IMG/VR virus record: IMGVR_UViG_3300022745_000021
Span: 32,001 to 96,000 of that record
Length of the DNA stretch: 64,000 nt
Strand: one strand, 5' to 3'
Source: a virus
A model generated the notes under the pieces. That model was not told where the DNA came from. It did no database searches and saw nothing but the letters and a program-made list of their open reading frames with translations. This document shows, in pieces, positions 8,540-18,792 of this stretch. Within the stretch, counting starts at the first letter, position 1, and every line of letters starts with the position of its first letter. The position numbers and the translations under genes are program-made.

Positions 8540-9583
8540 TTATGCGCCCGGGTGCTCCCAAAGGCTGATCTTGTCGAAGCGGGTGCCCTGACGGTTTTCA
8601 GGCCACTCGTGGAAGGTGAAGATCGGCGCCGAACCGTACACGCCGTCGAGCACGTACAGGAACGCGTCGGCCGGCGGCACATCGCGGGTCAGCCGGTCGG
8701 GCCAGTACGCCTTGAACACCCGGCCCCGGTACTCGAAGCTGTCGGGGAACACGTGGTGCGCCAGTTCGCGCGTCACTTTCATGCGGCGCACAGGTGTTGC
8801 CGTGCCATCGCCGCGCTGGATCACGCCGACGGTGGACGCCGCGCCGCCGGTGAGCGCTTCGCGGGTGGCCTCGGGTTGCTTGGCCGGGCACGGCTTGGCA
8901 AGCTCGCCCCACGTGCCGATCCCGTCGGTTGCACCGCAGTGCACGCAAATCTCGTCGAACGAGCTTGCATCGGACACGCGGGTATCGTGCGATGGGTGGC
9001 AGCCGGCCGGACCGGGCAGCGCGGCGTCGATGCGGGAAAGAATGTCCTTGAACGTCGAGTAGGTCGCCCGAGAGCGCACCTCACCCGCCTCGACCCGCGC
9101 CACGAACCGACGCGCTGCCGCGATAAGATCGGCGGTGGCTTGCGCGTCGGGTTCGGGCACGGGGACTGGCGATGCAACAGGCAGCGCGGAGCCGGTGGGC
9201 TTGGCCCGCTGCTTGGCGCGGATCGCGTCGAGCTTGCCCCAGACGCGGGTCAGTTCGTGGCTGGCGCAGGTGCGCATGTCGTAGGAGCGCGCGTTGCACA
9301 GCGCCGCCAGCGTGACCATGACGCCGCCGATCTCCTGCCCCGGCTCGCCGACCTCGCGGGCGAACACGTAATCGACCAGCGCGTGAGCGCGTTCCTTGGT
9401 CCAGCCGGGGGTGGTCTGCGCCAGTTCCAGCGCTTCCTCGATAAACCGGTCGGCGCGCTCGGTGACATCGCTGGCGATGGCGATGCCGAAACAGGCGATC
9501 GTCCAGTCCTGCACGGCGCGCTGGAACACGCCCAGTTCGAGGCGCATGGGATCGAAGGTCATTACGTCGGTGTCAGGGGTCAC
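8540..9583 (-). CDS. MazG-like NTP pyrophosphohydrolase fused to extra domains
   Basis: ERADRFIEEALELAQ...QEIGGVMVTLAALC; downstream CxxC module. Confidence 0.65.
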   Translation of the reverse strand: MTPDTDVMTFDPMRLELGVFQRAVQDWTIACFGIAIASDVTERADRFIEEALELAQTTPGWTKERAHALVDYVFAREVGEPGQEIGGVMVTLAALCNARSYDMRTCASHELTRVWGKLDAIRAKQRAKPTGSALPVASPVPVPEPDAQATADLIAAARRFVARVEAGEVRSRATYSTFKDILSRIDAALPGPAGCHPSHDTRVSDASSFDEICVHCGATDGIGTWGELAKPCPAKQPEATREALTGGAASTVGVIQRGDGTATPVRRMKVTRELAHHVFPDSFEYRGRVFKAYWPDRLTRDVPPADAFLYVLDGVYGSAPIFTFHEWPENRQGTRFDKISLWEHPGA

Positions 9584-9836
9584 TTCTTGCCTTTCCGCCG
9601 GGCCTTGCCGGCTGCTTTGTTGGCCTTGCGGCTCTGGAGTTTGCGTTTGGCGCGGTGGCCGTAGCGCGCGGCTTCGCGGTCCTTGGATTGGACCCTTCCC
9701 GCGCCCCAGTCGTAGATCGCCTGCTCCGGGTCGGGGTAACGGACATCCTCCGCGCACTCGATCACGTAGGGCGTCCAGCCGTCGCGGCAGGGCCAGCTGT
9801 CGAACAGCAGGTTGGGCACCGTGGGGCTGCTCTGCA

Positions 9837-9840
<4 letters not shown>
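9580..9840 (-). CDS. Small basic hypothetical protein
   Basis: Coupled overlaps at both ends; K/R-rich tail. Confidence 0.55.
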
Positions 9841-10397
<557 letters not shown>

Positions 10398-10524
10398 TGT
10401 GTCTGGTCTCCTCTAGCTACCTACATGTGTTCTACATCGCGCCGCCTACACGCGCAACATAATTTTACGTCAAACGGTTGCACGGATATTTGCAACTCGT
10501 TGCACCGCGATTATCTCTCGGGGC

Positions 10525-10944
10525 ATGAAAACGCTCTTGCTTCTCGCCGCTCTGGCCCCGGTTGTTGCCGGCGCTGGCACACCCGCCCCGCGCACCGCGT
10601 CCGATCCGTTCATCCGCTACGCCCGGCACGCGCTCGATACCCGCCTCAAGGACTATCCCCGCGCCCGGTTCCGCGACGCCCATGTCACCGTCTACGGGGA
10701 TACCCACCGCCGGGTGCTGTGCGGGCGGATCAACGCCCCCAATTCCTACGGGGCGATGACCGGCTGGCACGATTTCGTGGTGGGGACCAACGACATCGGC
10801 GATCCCTACCTGTACGAAGGCACCGACGACGTGACCGTGGCGATCATTGCCCAGCGCTGCACCGACGGCGTTCAGGCAGAGGAGCAGGACGTGTCTGGGT
10901 TGATCGCGGCCAGTGCTCCCGGCGCGGGCGCCGGGGTCTCATAG
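10525..10944 (+). CDS. Exported/periplasmic protein; the only convincing plus-strand gene
   Basis: Signal peptide MKTLLLLAALAPVVAGA; LKD...ARF...CG.INAPNSYG..TG conserved pattern. Confidence 0.75.
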   Translation: MKTLLLLAALAPVVAGAGTPAPRTASDPFIRYARHALDTRLKDYPRARFRDAHVTVYGDTHRRVLCGRINAPNSYGAMTGWHDFVVGTNDIGDPYLYEGTDDVTVAIIAQRCTDGVQAEEQDVSGLIAASAPGAGAGVS

Positions 10945-11483
10945 TAGGGCGCGATCCCGCGATAGCGAAAGGCTTCGAGCGCCACGTCGTCGAGCTTGAT
11001 GCCGAGATGCAGGTCAAGGTCGGCCTCTGCCTCGGCGATCAGGCTTGCCGCCAGCGCCGCCGGGTCGAGGAGGTCCTTGTCGGTGCCGTACTCGTGCAGC
11101 GCCCGGATCGCGAACACGATCAGCCCATCATCGCGGTCCAGCTGGCGCGTGCCGTGCGGGACGTACGGGTCGAGGTAGTAGACCGTGCCCTCGGCAAGCG
11201 GCAACGGTTCCTGCCCTTCCACCTCCAACCAGTGGCTGCCCTCGGCGTAGAGGATCAGGCCGCCGATGCGCACGTCCGACGCAAAGTCCCGGTCGGTGTG
11301 CGTGCCTACCCCGCCGCGCCAGCCGGACAGGCAGCCGCACACCATGATCCCTTCCCCGTCCTCGTCGCCGAAGCCCCAGTCCGCCTCGTGGCCGAGCACC
11401 ACCTTGAGCGCGGACCGACGCAGGGCCTCGGGGATCGGCGCGACGCCGGGGTGAATCGACGCGGCGGACGCAGCCCGGTGCAT
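10872..11483 (-). CDS. Cupin / 2OG-Fe(II) oxygenase-like protein
   Basis: HTD...GTVYYLDPYVPHG (HxD...H double-stranded beta-helix). Confidence 0.55.
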   Translation of the reverse strand: MHRAASAASIHPGVAPIPEALRRSALKVVLGHEADWGFGDEDGEGIMVCGCLSGWRGGVGTHTDRDFASDVRIGGLILYAEGSHWLEVEGQEPLPLAEGTVYYLDPYVPHGTRQLDRDDGLIVFAIRALHEYGTDKDLLDPAALAASLIAEAEADLDLHLGIKLDDVALEAFRYRGIAPYYETPAPAPGALAAINPDTSCSSA

Positions 11484-12190
11484 CAGTAGTCCCCCTTCCC
11501 GCGCGACACGTTGTCCTCGTCAAGCTCGATCTTGGTGCCACAGGCGACATAGGCGCGCAGGCGCTGTTCGACGCCGTACACCCGGCCGATGTAGGACTTG
11601 GACTCGGGCGTGATCGTGTTGTCGCCGACGTAGGCCCCGGCGAGCGTGCCGTCCTCGCGGATCAACAGCCGGTGCTTGCAGCGGTACTTGTCACGCTCGG
11701 CGTAGACGTTGTCCTCGTCGAGGTAGACCCACGTCGAGCCGTGGTCGTTATGCTCGACGATCACGGTGATGATCTCGCCCCATGCGTCGCTGTCGTGGGT
11801 TTCGAGCATGTACTCGGCGATCTTCGAGAGCTTGACCTCCTTGGGGGCCAGCGAGAGCAGTTCATCCATGTCCTGCGCCAGCCTGCCGGCGACGACTTCG
11901 CTGACACGCGCCTCGATCTGCGCTTTCAGCATTTGCGTGACGACGTGGCCGTAGCTCGGCAGATCAATGCGATCGACCTTGAGCGCGTCTTGGACCGCCG
12001 CCTCGATCATCTTACCAACGTCGGAATAGGTGCGCAGTGCACGGTCGATGGTCTCGATGACCAGCTTCTCGACACGGGTGTTCACTTCCTTCTCGACGAA
12101 CTCGGGGGTCATCTTGGCCGCGACCGCGTTGGCGATCAGGCCGGTGAAGGCGTCGGGGGCGGTTTCGGTGAGGGTATCGGTGTCAGCCAT
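11483..12190 (-). CDS. Phage hypothetical protein
   Basis: 235 aa, GGAGAC RBS, typical codon use. Confidence 0.75.
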   Translation of the reverse strand: MADTDTLTETAPDAFTGLIANAVAAKMTPEFVEKEVNTRVEKLVIETIDRALRTYSDVGKMIEAAVQDALKVDRIDLPSYGHVVTQMLKAQIEARVSEVVAGRLAQDMDELLSLAPKEVKLSKIAEYMLETHDSDAWGEIITVIVEHNDHGSTWVYLDEDNVYAERDKYRCKHRLLIREDGTLAGAYVGDNTITPESKSYIGRVYGVEQRLRAYVACGTKIELDEDNVSRGKGDY

Positions 12191-12611
12191 TGCGGGTCTC
12201 CCAAGGCGAGCGGAAGGTGGGGGCGGCGGGGATGTTGTCGCGGTCGAGCACGTAGGAGGTGCGCTCGTCGGGGATACCTCCCCCGCGCTTCACGGTGACG
12301 TGCACCCTGCCCTCCCGATCGTCCGAGAAGCGGATGCTGTCCCGGAAGCTGCGCAGCACGGCGTTGTAGATCATCGTGTCGGTGACCCAGAACATCCACC
12401 ACTTGCGGCGGCCGATGGTCTCGTGCACCAGTTCGGGCACGGTGTCGGTCTCGATCAGGTTGATCTGGTCGAGCAGCATGGGAAGCTCGGCGAGGAAGCG
12501 GTCGCGCACGCCGCCTTCCTTGGGGATTTTCGCCATGTCGTGGATCGTCACGCACGGGTACGTGCGGGGGCCTGATCCCTGACTGGTCTCGGGGTTGGTC
12601 TCGGTAGTGAT
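12183..12611 (-). CDS. Hypothetical protein (probable ATC start; track start is GTG 12551)
   Basis: In-frame ATC 7 nt after GAGGAG; the GTG lacks an SD. Confidence 0.6.
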   Translation of the reverse strand: MTTETNPETSQGSGPRTYPCVTIHDMAKIPKEGGVRDRFLAELPMLLDQINLIETDTVPELVHETIGRRKWWMFWVTDTMIYNAVLRSFRDSIRFSDDREGRVHVTVKRGGGIPDERTSYVLDRDNIPAAPTFRSPWETRNG

Positions 12612-12643
12612 GGGGCTTCTCCTCGTTGGTTACTTCCCAAGTG

Positions 12644-13153
12644 TTATACCACAAATGGGGTACATGTGTAGCTATTTCGGTTGCAACTCTCGAAGTCGGC
12701 GACCCCGTCCCGGGCGAAACCGCCGAACAACTCGAAGCGCAGCTGGCCGTTGCCATCCCGACTTGGCCCCTTGATGTGCAGCGCCATCACCGTCTCGAAC
12801 GTCCGGGGGTAGCCGCCGCGATCGAGGTGCCGGCATATCGCGTTACCCGCGCCCCTCCCCTGTGCCACGAAGAACGCCGCGTCGATCGTGCCCGCCTCGG
12901 TGCGGTGGCCGTCGGTGTACGTCTCGTCCACGTCGATATTGCCGATCCACTCCAGCGGGATTTCGAGGAGCTTGGGCGGCGGGGCTTGCTTCGCTTCGAG
13001 CGCGCAGGTGACGATCCGATAGGGCAGCAACCGCATTGCCCGCACACAGGTGTTCCCCGGGGCCGCGATCACCACCCGCCGGGGGCCGAGCGCATGGATA
13101 AACCCGCCGCGCAGCGCGCGCAGCATCAGCATGTCATCGTCGTGGGTCAGCAT
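12644..13153 (-). CDS. Hypothetical protein
   Basis: GGAGAC RBS; operon continuity. Confidence 0.6.
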   Translation of the reverse strand: MLTHDDDMLMLRALRGGFIHALGPRRVVIAAPGNTCVRAMRLLPYRIVTCALEAKQAPPPKLLEIPLEWIGNIDVDETYTDGHRTEAGTIDAAFFVAQGRGAGNAICRHLDRGGYPRTFETVMALHIKGPSRDGNGQLRFELFGGFARDGVADFESCNRNSYTCTPFVV

Positions 13154-13575
13154 AGGATGTCGGTCTCCGTGACAAGGTGTTGGACGGGAACGAAGCCCGT
13201 GAGGCTTGGTTGCGCCTTGGCGTGCTCTTTCACGGTGCGCAGTGCTTCGGCTCGGGTGCAATCCCGGCCGACGCCGTGGACGAGGACGTGATCGACCGAC
13301 GACAGGCTCTTGCGCCGCTCGAACAGCACCGACACCACGTGCACATGGAGCGTGGACGGCGCGGGGTCAGGCGCGGGCACGGGACCGGGGGCATCGTCTG
13401 CGTAGGGCGCGACCGGCCCCAGCACCACGAACCCGAAGTCGGCAAGCTCGGTGGTCGGGCACGTGTCCAGATGCCCGGCGAACTCCCACCAGCCGCGCCG
13501 GTACGACGCCACCTGCCGCGCGCCCTGCCCGTCGATGTCCTCGACCCAGTAGAAGCCGTCGGCGTAGTCCTTCAT
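13147..13575 (-). CDS. Hypothetical protein
   Basis: GAGGAG RBS; ATGA overlap. Confidence 0.65.
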   Translation of the reverse strand: MKDYADGFYWVEDIDGQGARQVASYRRGWWEFAGHLDTCPTTELADFGFVVLGPVAPYADDAPGPVPAPDPAPSTLHVHVVSVLFERRKSLSSVDHVLVHGVGRDCTRAEALRTVKEHAKAQPSLTGFVPVQHLVTETDILC

Positions 13576-13967
13576 GCCCGGGCGATCTCCTCTACCGTCG
13601 CCCGCCGGACGCGCACGTAGTCGAAATCCATGTCGTCGTCGGACGAGAACCCGTCGCCCCGGTGGTACACGGCGGTGACGCCCTCCATGACCCACCAGCC
13701 CTCGCCGGGGCAGTCGATCAGCCCGCCCACGGCGTAGTCGAGGAAACTGCCGTACGCCTGTTCGTAGCTGGCCGCGCCGGTGACGCCCTCGGCGCCGTTC
13801 AGCACGGTCGCGCTCTCGATGCTGTGCTTGCCAACGCCCCAATGCGGATCGGTCTGGTCGGCGTACTCCTCGGCCACCACCTCGAAGATGACATCCTCGG
13901 GCGAGTTGAAGTCAAACTTCTCCGGTTCTTCGTCGCGGGCTGGATCGGCTGCGATCAGGTCGGTCAC
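13572..13967 (-). CDS. Acidic hypothetical protein
   Basis: GGAGG RBS; GTGA overlap. Confidence 0.65.
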   Translation of the reverse strand: MTDLIAADPARDEEPEKFDFNSPEDVIFEVVAEEYADQTDPHWGVGKHSIESATVLNGAEGVTGAASYEQAYGSFLDYAVGGLIDCPGEGWWVMEGVTAVYHRGDGFSSDDDMDFDYVRVRRATVEEIARA

Positions 13968-14428
13968 CGGCCGTCCTCCAGCAGGAAGCAGGCACCGTGC
14001 GGGATGCCGTAGGGGTAGCTGTCGAGCAGGACCATTATGTTCTTGTCGGTGCTGCCATACAGGTAGATTTCCCACGCGCGCTTGGGGTCGTCCCAGCGGA
14101 TGTAGTGCAGGCCCTTCTCGATGGCATCCACCTGAGACACCTGCTTGAGCACACTGCGGCGTTGCAACCAGTTGCACTCGCCCTTGAGCGCGGTCACCTC
14201 GGCGTCGAGCTTGTGCCACAGGTACGACATCACGAGGAAGCCGCCGCCGGTCACCATGAACGCCGTCGCCAGCGGCAGCGCGGCAGGATGCAGGTCCCCC
14301 CGGGCGACGCCCATCATGCCGAACACGCCCATGCCGATGGTGATCGCCGCGCAGAGGTTGGCGACCTCCCGCCAGAAGCGGGACACGCGCGGGGGATGGT
14401 CGGTGGGGGACGATGTCGCCGATGCCAT
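13964..14428 (-). CDS. Membrane protein (2 TM)
   Basis: Two hydrophobic helices; GAGGAGACC RBS and TTGACA promoter upstream. Confidence 0.7.
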   Translation of the reverse strand: MASATSSPTDHPPRVSRFWREVANLCAAITIGMGVFGMMGVARGDLHPAALPLATAFMVTGGGFLVMSYLWHKLDAEVTALKGECNWLQRRSVLKQVSQVDAIEKGLHYIRWDDPKRAWEIYLYGSTDKNIMVLLDSYPYGIPHGACFLLEDGR

Positions 14429-14604
14429 GGTGGGTGGTCTCCTCGCGGTTCGTTTGCTACCTAGATGTGTTCATACCACAACAGGGGTACGTGTCAAGCC
14501 CAGCGTCAGGTTGGTGGTGTCGTAGGTCATGGCGTGACATCCCATGTCGGACCGCCCGGGCAGGTGCAGGTGCATTCGTTACCCGGTCCGCCGTCGCGCT
14601 GACA

Positions 14605-14895
14605 TCACTCCCCATCGCGCGCCTCCATAAGTGCAGCGCGGACGGCGGCAATTTGTGCGCTGGCGAACAGTTCACCCGGCAGGCTGTTTGGATCGGGATG
14701 GACGTACCCGACGACTATCCCCGCCGCCTCCTCCAGCCCGGCGAGACGGCCCGCTGCGAAGGCGGTTTCGCGGTGGGTGGCGATAGATTGAGCCTCAGCA
14801 GTGAAGGCTAGACCAGCGCGTACTCTGTCAGCCATTTCATCGTCGAGTTCCAGCAGGTCGATCAGTAGGGCAATGTCGTCGTCATTCACGGTCAT
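14605..14895 (-). CDS. Hypothetical protein
   Basis: GGAGAC RBS. Confidence 0.55.
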   Translation of the reverse strand: MTVNDDDIALLIDLLELDDEMADRVRAGLAFTAEAQSIATHRETAFAAGRLAGLEEAAGIVVGYVHPDPNSLPGELFASAQIAAVRAALMEARDGE

Positions 14896-15029
14896 GGCCT
14901 GTCTCCCTTACGGTATTTCATCCTGAGGGCGGCAACTGCGTCCACCATATCGCGCTTAAACACGCACTCCGGCGTGACCTTGAGCCAGCACCACCACGCG
15001 GCAACTGATAGCCACCAACGAATGCTCAT
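14892..15029 (-). CDS. 45-aa hypothetical protein MSIRWWLSVAAWWCWLK...
   Basis: Manual translation; ATGA overlaps at both ends. Confidence 0.5.
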   Translation of the reverse strand: MSIRWWLSVAAWWCWLKVTPECVFKRDMVDAVAALRMKYRKGDRP

Positions 15030-15697
15030 GGCTTGGCTCCGATGGCTGCGATAATCTTGTGGAGATGCGTGCCGACGCCGAACACGAAACGGATAGCCTC
15101 GTCGGAATCACAACCGTCTGAAACCCAAGCGGCGTACTGGTCTGACATTTCCGCCTCAAGTTCGGTCAGCGCCTCCACAGCCTCCCGCTCCCCCGTCGCT
15201 GCGGGCATGGCGGATAGGGCTGCGGCATTGAGATAGCGTTCGGCAGTTGGCCACTGATCCTCGTCGAGAACCCGCGCGAGATATTCGCCGAGTTCGCGCA
15301 AAGGCTCCGGCGCTTTGCTGACAACGGCATTCATGTGGGCCATCCACTCGACTGCCGCAGCCTCACGGTCTGGCGCGGGCATGGCGGATAGGGCTGCGTC
15401 GGCGATCCACAAATCCCAATCGCTCAAGTCCTCCGGGAACCCGTTCGCATAGTAGTCCGGCGTACGCTTGTGGTCCGCAAGACTGATCGCCCTTGCCACG
15501 CGCTCCCGCACGTCGTCGGCCACAGCCTCACGGTCTGGCGCGCGGAGTGCGGCGAGGTCAACAATCCAGCCATTGCCGCCGCAGCGAGTGCATTCGGTAT
15601 GACAGGCGCCTTCATCCAGCCCGTCCGGATAACCCCCTTCGCCTTCGCACTGCGGGCAGACTTTCACGGCGCGCTCATCCGCCAGTGTTCCGTTCAT
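15026..15697 (-). CDS. Hypothetical protein with a CxxCxGxG zinc motif and internal ALSAMPA repeats
   Basis: CPQCEGEG...CTRCGGNG; DNA repeat GCGGGCATGGCGGATAGGGCTGCG near 15201 and 15375. Confidence 0.65.
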   Translation of the reverse strand: MNGTLADERAVKVCPQCEGEGGYPDGLDEGACHTECTRCGGNGWIVDLAALRAPDREAVADDVRERVARAISLADHKRTPDYYANGFPEDLSDWDLWIADAALSAMPAPDREAAAVEWMAHMNAVVSKAPEPLRELGEYLARVLDEDQWPTAERYLNAAALSAMPAATGEREAVEALTELEAEMSDQYAAWVSDGCDSDEAIRFVFGVGTHLHKIIAAIGAKP

Positions 15698-15921
15698 GGT
15701 GCTTCCTTTCGGGTGTTCCAGACTGATGCGGCTTTGGCGCGGCCTCGGGCATCGTCGGGATACCAGCAGCCGCGTTCGACCGCGCAATCCTCGTCGCTGC
15801 ACTGGACCTTGCAGGCCATTCCGATATGGACGCGGTTCCGTGCCAACATGCCGGCGCTTCCGCAGAACGGGCACGGCAGCAGTTCCGCCGCTCTCACCGC
15901 TTCGGGTGTTGGGTTGCTCAC
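15694..15921 (-). CDS. Lar-family restriction alleviation-like protein
   Basis: LLPCPFCG...C...C...A...WNTR signature. Confidence 0.75.
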   Translation of the reverse strand: MSNPTPEAVRAAELLPCPFCGSAGMLARNRVHIGMACKVQCSDEDCAVERGCWYPDDARGRAKAASVWNTRKEAP

Positions 15922-16679
15922 TGCTCGGGGTTCCTTTCGAGATAGGTGCGGGCGGCTTCCTCTGTCGCGTGTTCGGTGAAAACAACGCGATCATCGCTTT
16001 CCAGCGCGTCCATTTCCTCGGTCGTGCGAACATGAACAGCGCACCAGATCGACGGCAGTGAGCGCGCGCATTCAACTTCAAGGATGTGATGGCCCGGTTC
16101 AGGGTCGTAACGGTCAATCACATCATAAACGTCGAAATCGCAGCTTTCCGTGTAGCTTGGGTGATAGAACCAAGTTGGCTGCTGCGCTTTCGCCAGTGCC
16201 GCCCTCGCCTCTGCCAGTTCGCGGGTGAGGCGGTCGATGGTGTCGCGGTTGGCTTCGAGCGGGTCATCGTCCTCGGTCTGGTTGTCCCGCCGCTGGCTGA
16301 CAAGCTCGTCGTACATCGCAGCGAACTTCTGCGTCATCGCGATCTCGGCGGTCAGCTGCGCGTCACGGGCAGCGATAATCCGCTCTAGCTCCGCGATCTT
16401 GGCGGCCTGCACCGGGTCAGGCATGGTCTGCCACGTGCCGGCGTGGTTGATGTAGAACCACTCGTTGGTCTTGGGGTTCACCGCGAACAGGTTCGTCCCC
16501 TTGGGCAGTGCCGGGTGGGTCGGCAGGGGGGCCGTCCAGTTCTCATCCTTGGCCGCCCGCGCGGAGCAGTGGTTTGGCCCGAGAATTTCGTTCTCTCGGG
16601 GCGTGCCACCGCACCAGCGGCACACGCTATTGGAATGCCCTAGGCTGGCGGACCGGTATTCGTGGGGGCAATTCGTCAC
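15918..16679 (-). CDS. Hypothetical protein with a coiled coil
   Basis: GTGA overlap; 253 aa. Confidence 0.65.
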   Translation of the reverse strand: MTNCPHEYRSASLGHSNSVCRWCGGTPRENEILGPNHCSARAAKDENWTAPLPTHPALPKGTNLFAVNPKTNEWFYINHAGTWQTMPDPVQAAKIAELERIIAARDAQLTAEIAMTQKFAAMYDELVSQRRDNQTEDDDPLEANRDTIDRLTRELAEARAALAKAQQPTWFYHPSYTESCDFDVYDVIDRYDPEPGHHILEVECARSLPSIWCAVHVRTTEEMDALESDDRVVFTEHATEEAARTYLERNPEQ

Positions 16680-17281
16680 GCGTGTTCTCCCTCGTTGGTT
16701 GCAACTGGTTGCACCGGGACACGTACCCGGATGCGGGGCTTGGGGAGCACGTCGGCTTCCTCGGCTTCCTGCGCCAGCGACATGCGTTGAAGCTCCCCGC
16801 GCCGCTCGTTGATGATCCGTTGCAGGGACGCCAGCCCTTGCGCGTCGCTTTCCCAGATGATTTCCTCGACGCTGATCCGCTCGATGACGTTGCGGGCCTT
16901 GGTGGTCTTCGGGGCGCGTTCGACCAGCGGGTAGGCGCTGACGGGTTCAGGCTCGGCTTCCTCGGCGGCCAGCGCCAGCATGTGCGCCTTGGCCTTCTCC
17001 TGTTCGGCCACCGCGTCGATCACGATCGGCTCGCCACCGCCCACGGGGTACAGCAGCGTCATCGTGCCGGTCATGTCCGGCTGGCTCGCCATGTCCACGC
17101 CGAACAGCTTGACGTCGGCCGCCGGGGGCTTGCCCGGGGCGTGCTGGTTGAGCCATGCGATCAGGCTCGGCTTGTCGGTGGGGACCTCGATCTTCTCCCA
17201 GCCCTTCATGCCGTCGTTGGCGGCCTTAGCGTCGGCCTCGGTGCCGGTCCACACGTGTCCCTTGGAGCGATAGAGCCGCAT
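16676..17281 (-). CDS. Hypothetical protein
   Basis: GGAGG RBS; C-terminal PRIRVRVP. Confidence 0.7.
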   Translation of the reverse strand: MRLYRSKGHVWTGTEADAKAANDGMKGWEKIEVPTDKPSLIAWLNQHAPGKPPAADVKLFGVDMASQPDMTGTMTLLYPVGGGEPIVIDAVAEQEKAKAHMLALAAEEAEPEPVSAYPLVERAPKTTKARNVIERISVEEIIWESDAQGLASLQRIINERRGELQRMSLAQEAEEADVLPKPRIRVRVPVQPVATNEGEHA

Positions 17282-17379
17282 CAGAACATGTCCTCCAGCC
17301 CCTTGGCCGCGTCACGGCCGAGCTTGTACCCGAACCCGCGCAGGATGGCGCGCAGGAGGATGGACAGGATATTTCCCAT
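17281..17379 (-). CDS. 32-aa amphipathic peptide MGNILSILLRAILRGFGYKLGRDAAKGLEDMF
   Basis: First ORF after a cassette promoter; GAGGAGACC RBS at canonical spacing. Confidence 0.65.
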   Translation of the reverse strand: MGNILSILLRAILRGFGYKLGRDAAKGLEDMF

Positions 17380-17535
17380 GGTGGTTGGTCTCCTCGTTCT
17401 TGTAGCGTAGGGGCTGGCCTGCCTGCCGCCCTACACGTGTTGCTTAGACCAACGGGGCCTACACGTCAAGCGTTTTGAGGTGCAACTGGGTTGCAACTGG
17501 TTGCAGTCGCCGGAAGCGCTACCCCCCCTGCCCGC

Positions 17536-18063
17536 CTACCCGGCCTTGTCCGCGTTGGCGCTGGCCCATAACCGCGCCGCGCCCATGCCCGCCCGAATGC
17601 AGCGCAGGGCGAACGTCCCGGGGGCAGCACCCTTGGCGTTGACGAACCCGGCGAACGTCCGCTGCCAGCCTTGGTCGAAGAACTTCTGGTAGGTCTCGCG
17701 CGGCCAGTCAGGGTGCCCCGCAAAGAATACATCCGCCCGTCGCTGGCGGTAGGTCGCGCCGACGTCGGGGTCCGCCTCGGATAGTACCTGTTTGATCCGG
17801 GGCATGTTGTCGCGGCTGCGCTCCGGTGTCATACCGATCGCCAGTTGCGGGGCGCGCTTGGGGGGCGGCGGGGGCGTAGGCGCCGGCAGGTTTTCCAGCG
17901 CATCCCAGATCACGCCGTGGATGACTTCGCGCAGCTGGTCACGCGCCTTGGGTACGCGCCGCCGGGTGTCGGTCATCAATCGCTGCCACAGATCGCGGCG
18001 GCCGGTGACGTCTTGGGCAACCCGGGCGTGTATCGCCGCCGCCGCCGCACGTGGATCGGTCAT
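17536..18063 (-). CDS. Hypothetical protein
   Basis: ATGA overlap. Confidence 0.65.
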   Translation of the reverse strand: MTDPRAAAAAIHARVAQDVTGRRDLWQRLMTDTRRRVPKARDQLREVIHGVIWDALENLPAPTPPPPPKRAPQLAIGMTPERSRDNMPRIKQVLSEADPDVGATYRQRRADVFFAGHPDWPRETYQKFFDQGWQRTFAGFVNAKGAAPGTFALRCIRAGMGAARLWASANADKAG

Positions 18064-18338
18064 GTGTCTTCGCTTGCCCCCTCGATCACGCGCCAAAGCT
18101 CCCAGATCGCGGTCTTGCGGTAGCATTGTTCGGCGGCAAGCTCGATACCGTACGCCGCCTTGAACGCGTCGCGCATCCGGGCGTGATCGTCGGCGTAGAT
18201 CATGCCGTCACCGAGATCGCCCAGCGTGTCGCCCATGTCGATCGGCACGGACGCAGGCAGCGCGTACACCCGGCGGACCAGCGCCAGCAGACGCAGTTCC
18301 TCGGGGGAGTAATCGGGGCCGGATACAGGGACACTCAC
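18060..18338 (-). CDS. Acyl-carrier-protein-like protein lacking the DSL serine
   Basis: IDMGDTLGDLG...FKAAYGIEL...TAIWELWRVI resembles the ACP helix pattern. Confidence 0.4.
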   Translation of the reverse strand: MSVPVSGPDYSPEELRLLALVRRVYALPASVPIDMGDTLGDLGDGMIYADDHARMRDAFKAAYGIELAAEQCYRKTAIWELWRVIEGASEDT

Positions 18339-18454
18339 GGCGTCAGCCCCCGCTTCTGGTCGAGCCGACCGCAGCACGTGCACTTGTCAGACAGGTGGTC
18401 CCAGAACACCCAGTGGTGCCGGCCTAGGAACAGGCAGCGAAATAGCTGGATCAT
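18335..18454 (-). CDS. 39-aa Cys/His peptide (DUF1660-like)
   Basis: MIQLFRCLFLGRHHW...CTCCG; coupled overlaps at both ends. Confidence 0.55.
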   Translation of the reverse strand: MIQLFRCLFLGRHHWVFWDHLSDKCTCCGRLDQKRGLTP

Positions 18455-18792
18455 GCGTCCGTCTTTCCGCCGACCTCACTCGGCATAAACGTATGCGCCA
18501 CCCGGGATGCTCTGTGCAGCAAATCGTACAGCCTTGGGTCGAAGTACCGCAGCGTCGGGGGCATATGGTGCACCGCGTCCATGATCGCCCCCCGCAATGC
18601 TGCCACAAGCTGTTCGGGGTCAACCGGGGTGTCCGGTCGTTTGCGCGGCTCGCGATCCAGCGCACCCGCCGCGATCTCCGCTAGGAACTTGGCGTTGTTG
18701 GCCTCCCGCTCGGCAAGCTCGGTAGCCATGCGGGATTGGGCAAGCCCCACCTGACTGTCCAGCAAATCGGCGTATGGGTGACGATCCGTCAC
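18451..18792 (-). CDS. Hypothetical protein
   Basis: GGAGG RBS; GTGA overlap. Confidence 0.65.
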   Translation of the reverse strand: MTDRHPYADLLDSQVGLAQSRMATELAEREANNAKFLAEIAAGALDREPRKRPDTPVDPEQLVAALRGAIMDAVHHMPPTLRYFDPRLYDLLHRASRVAHTFMPSEVGGKTDA

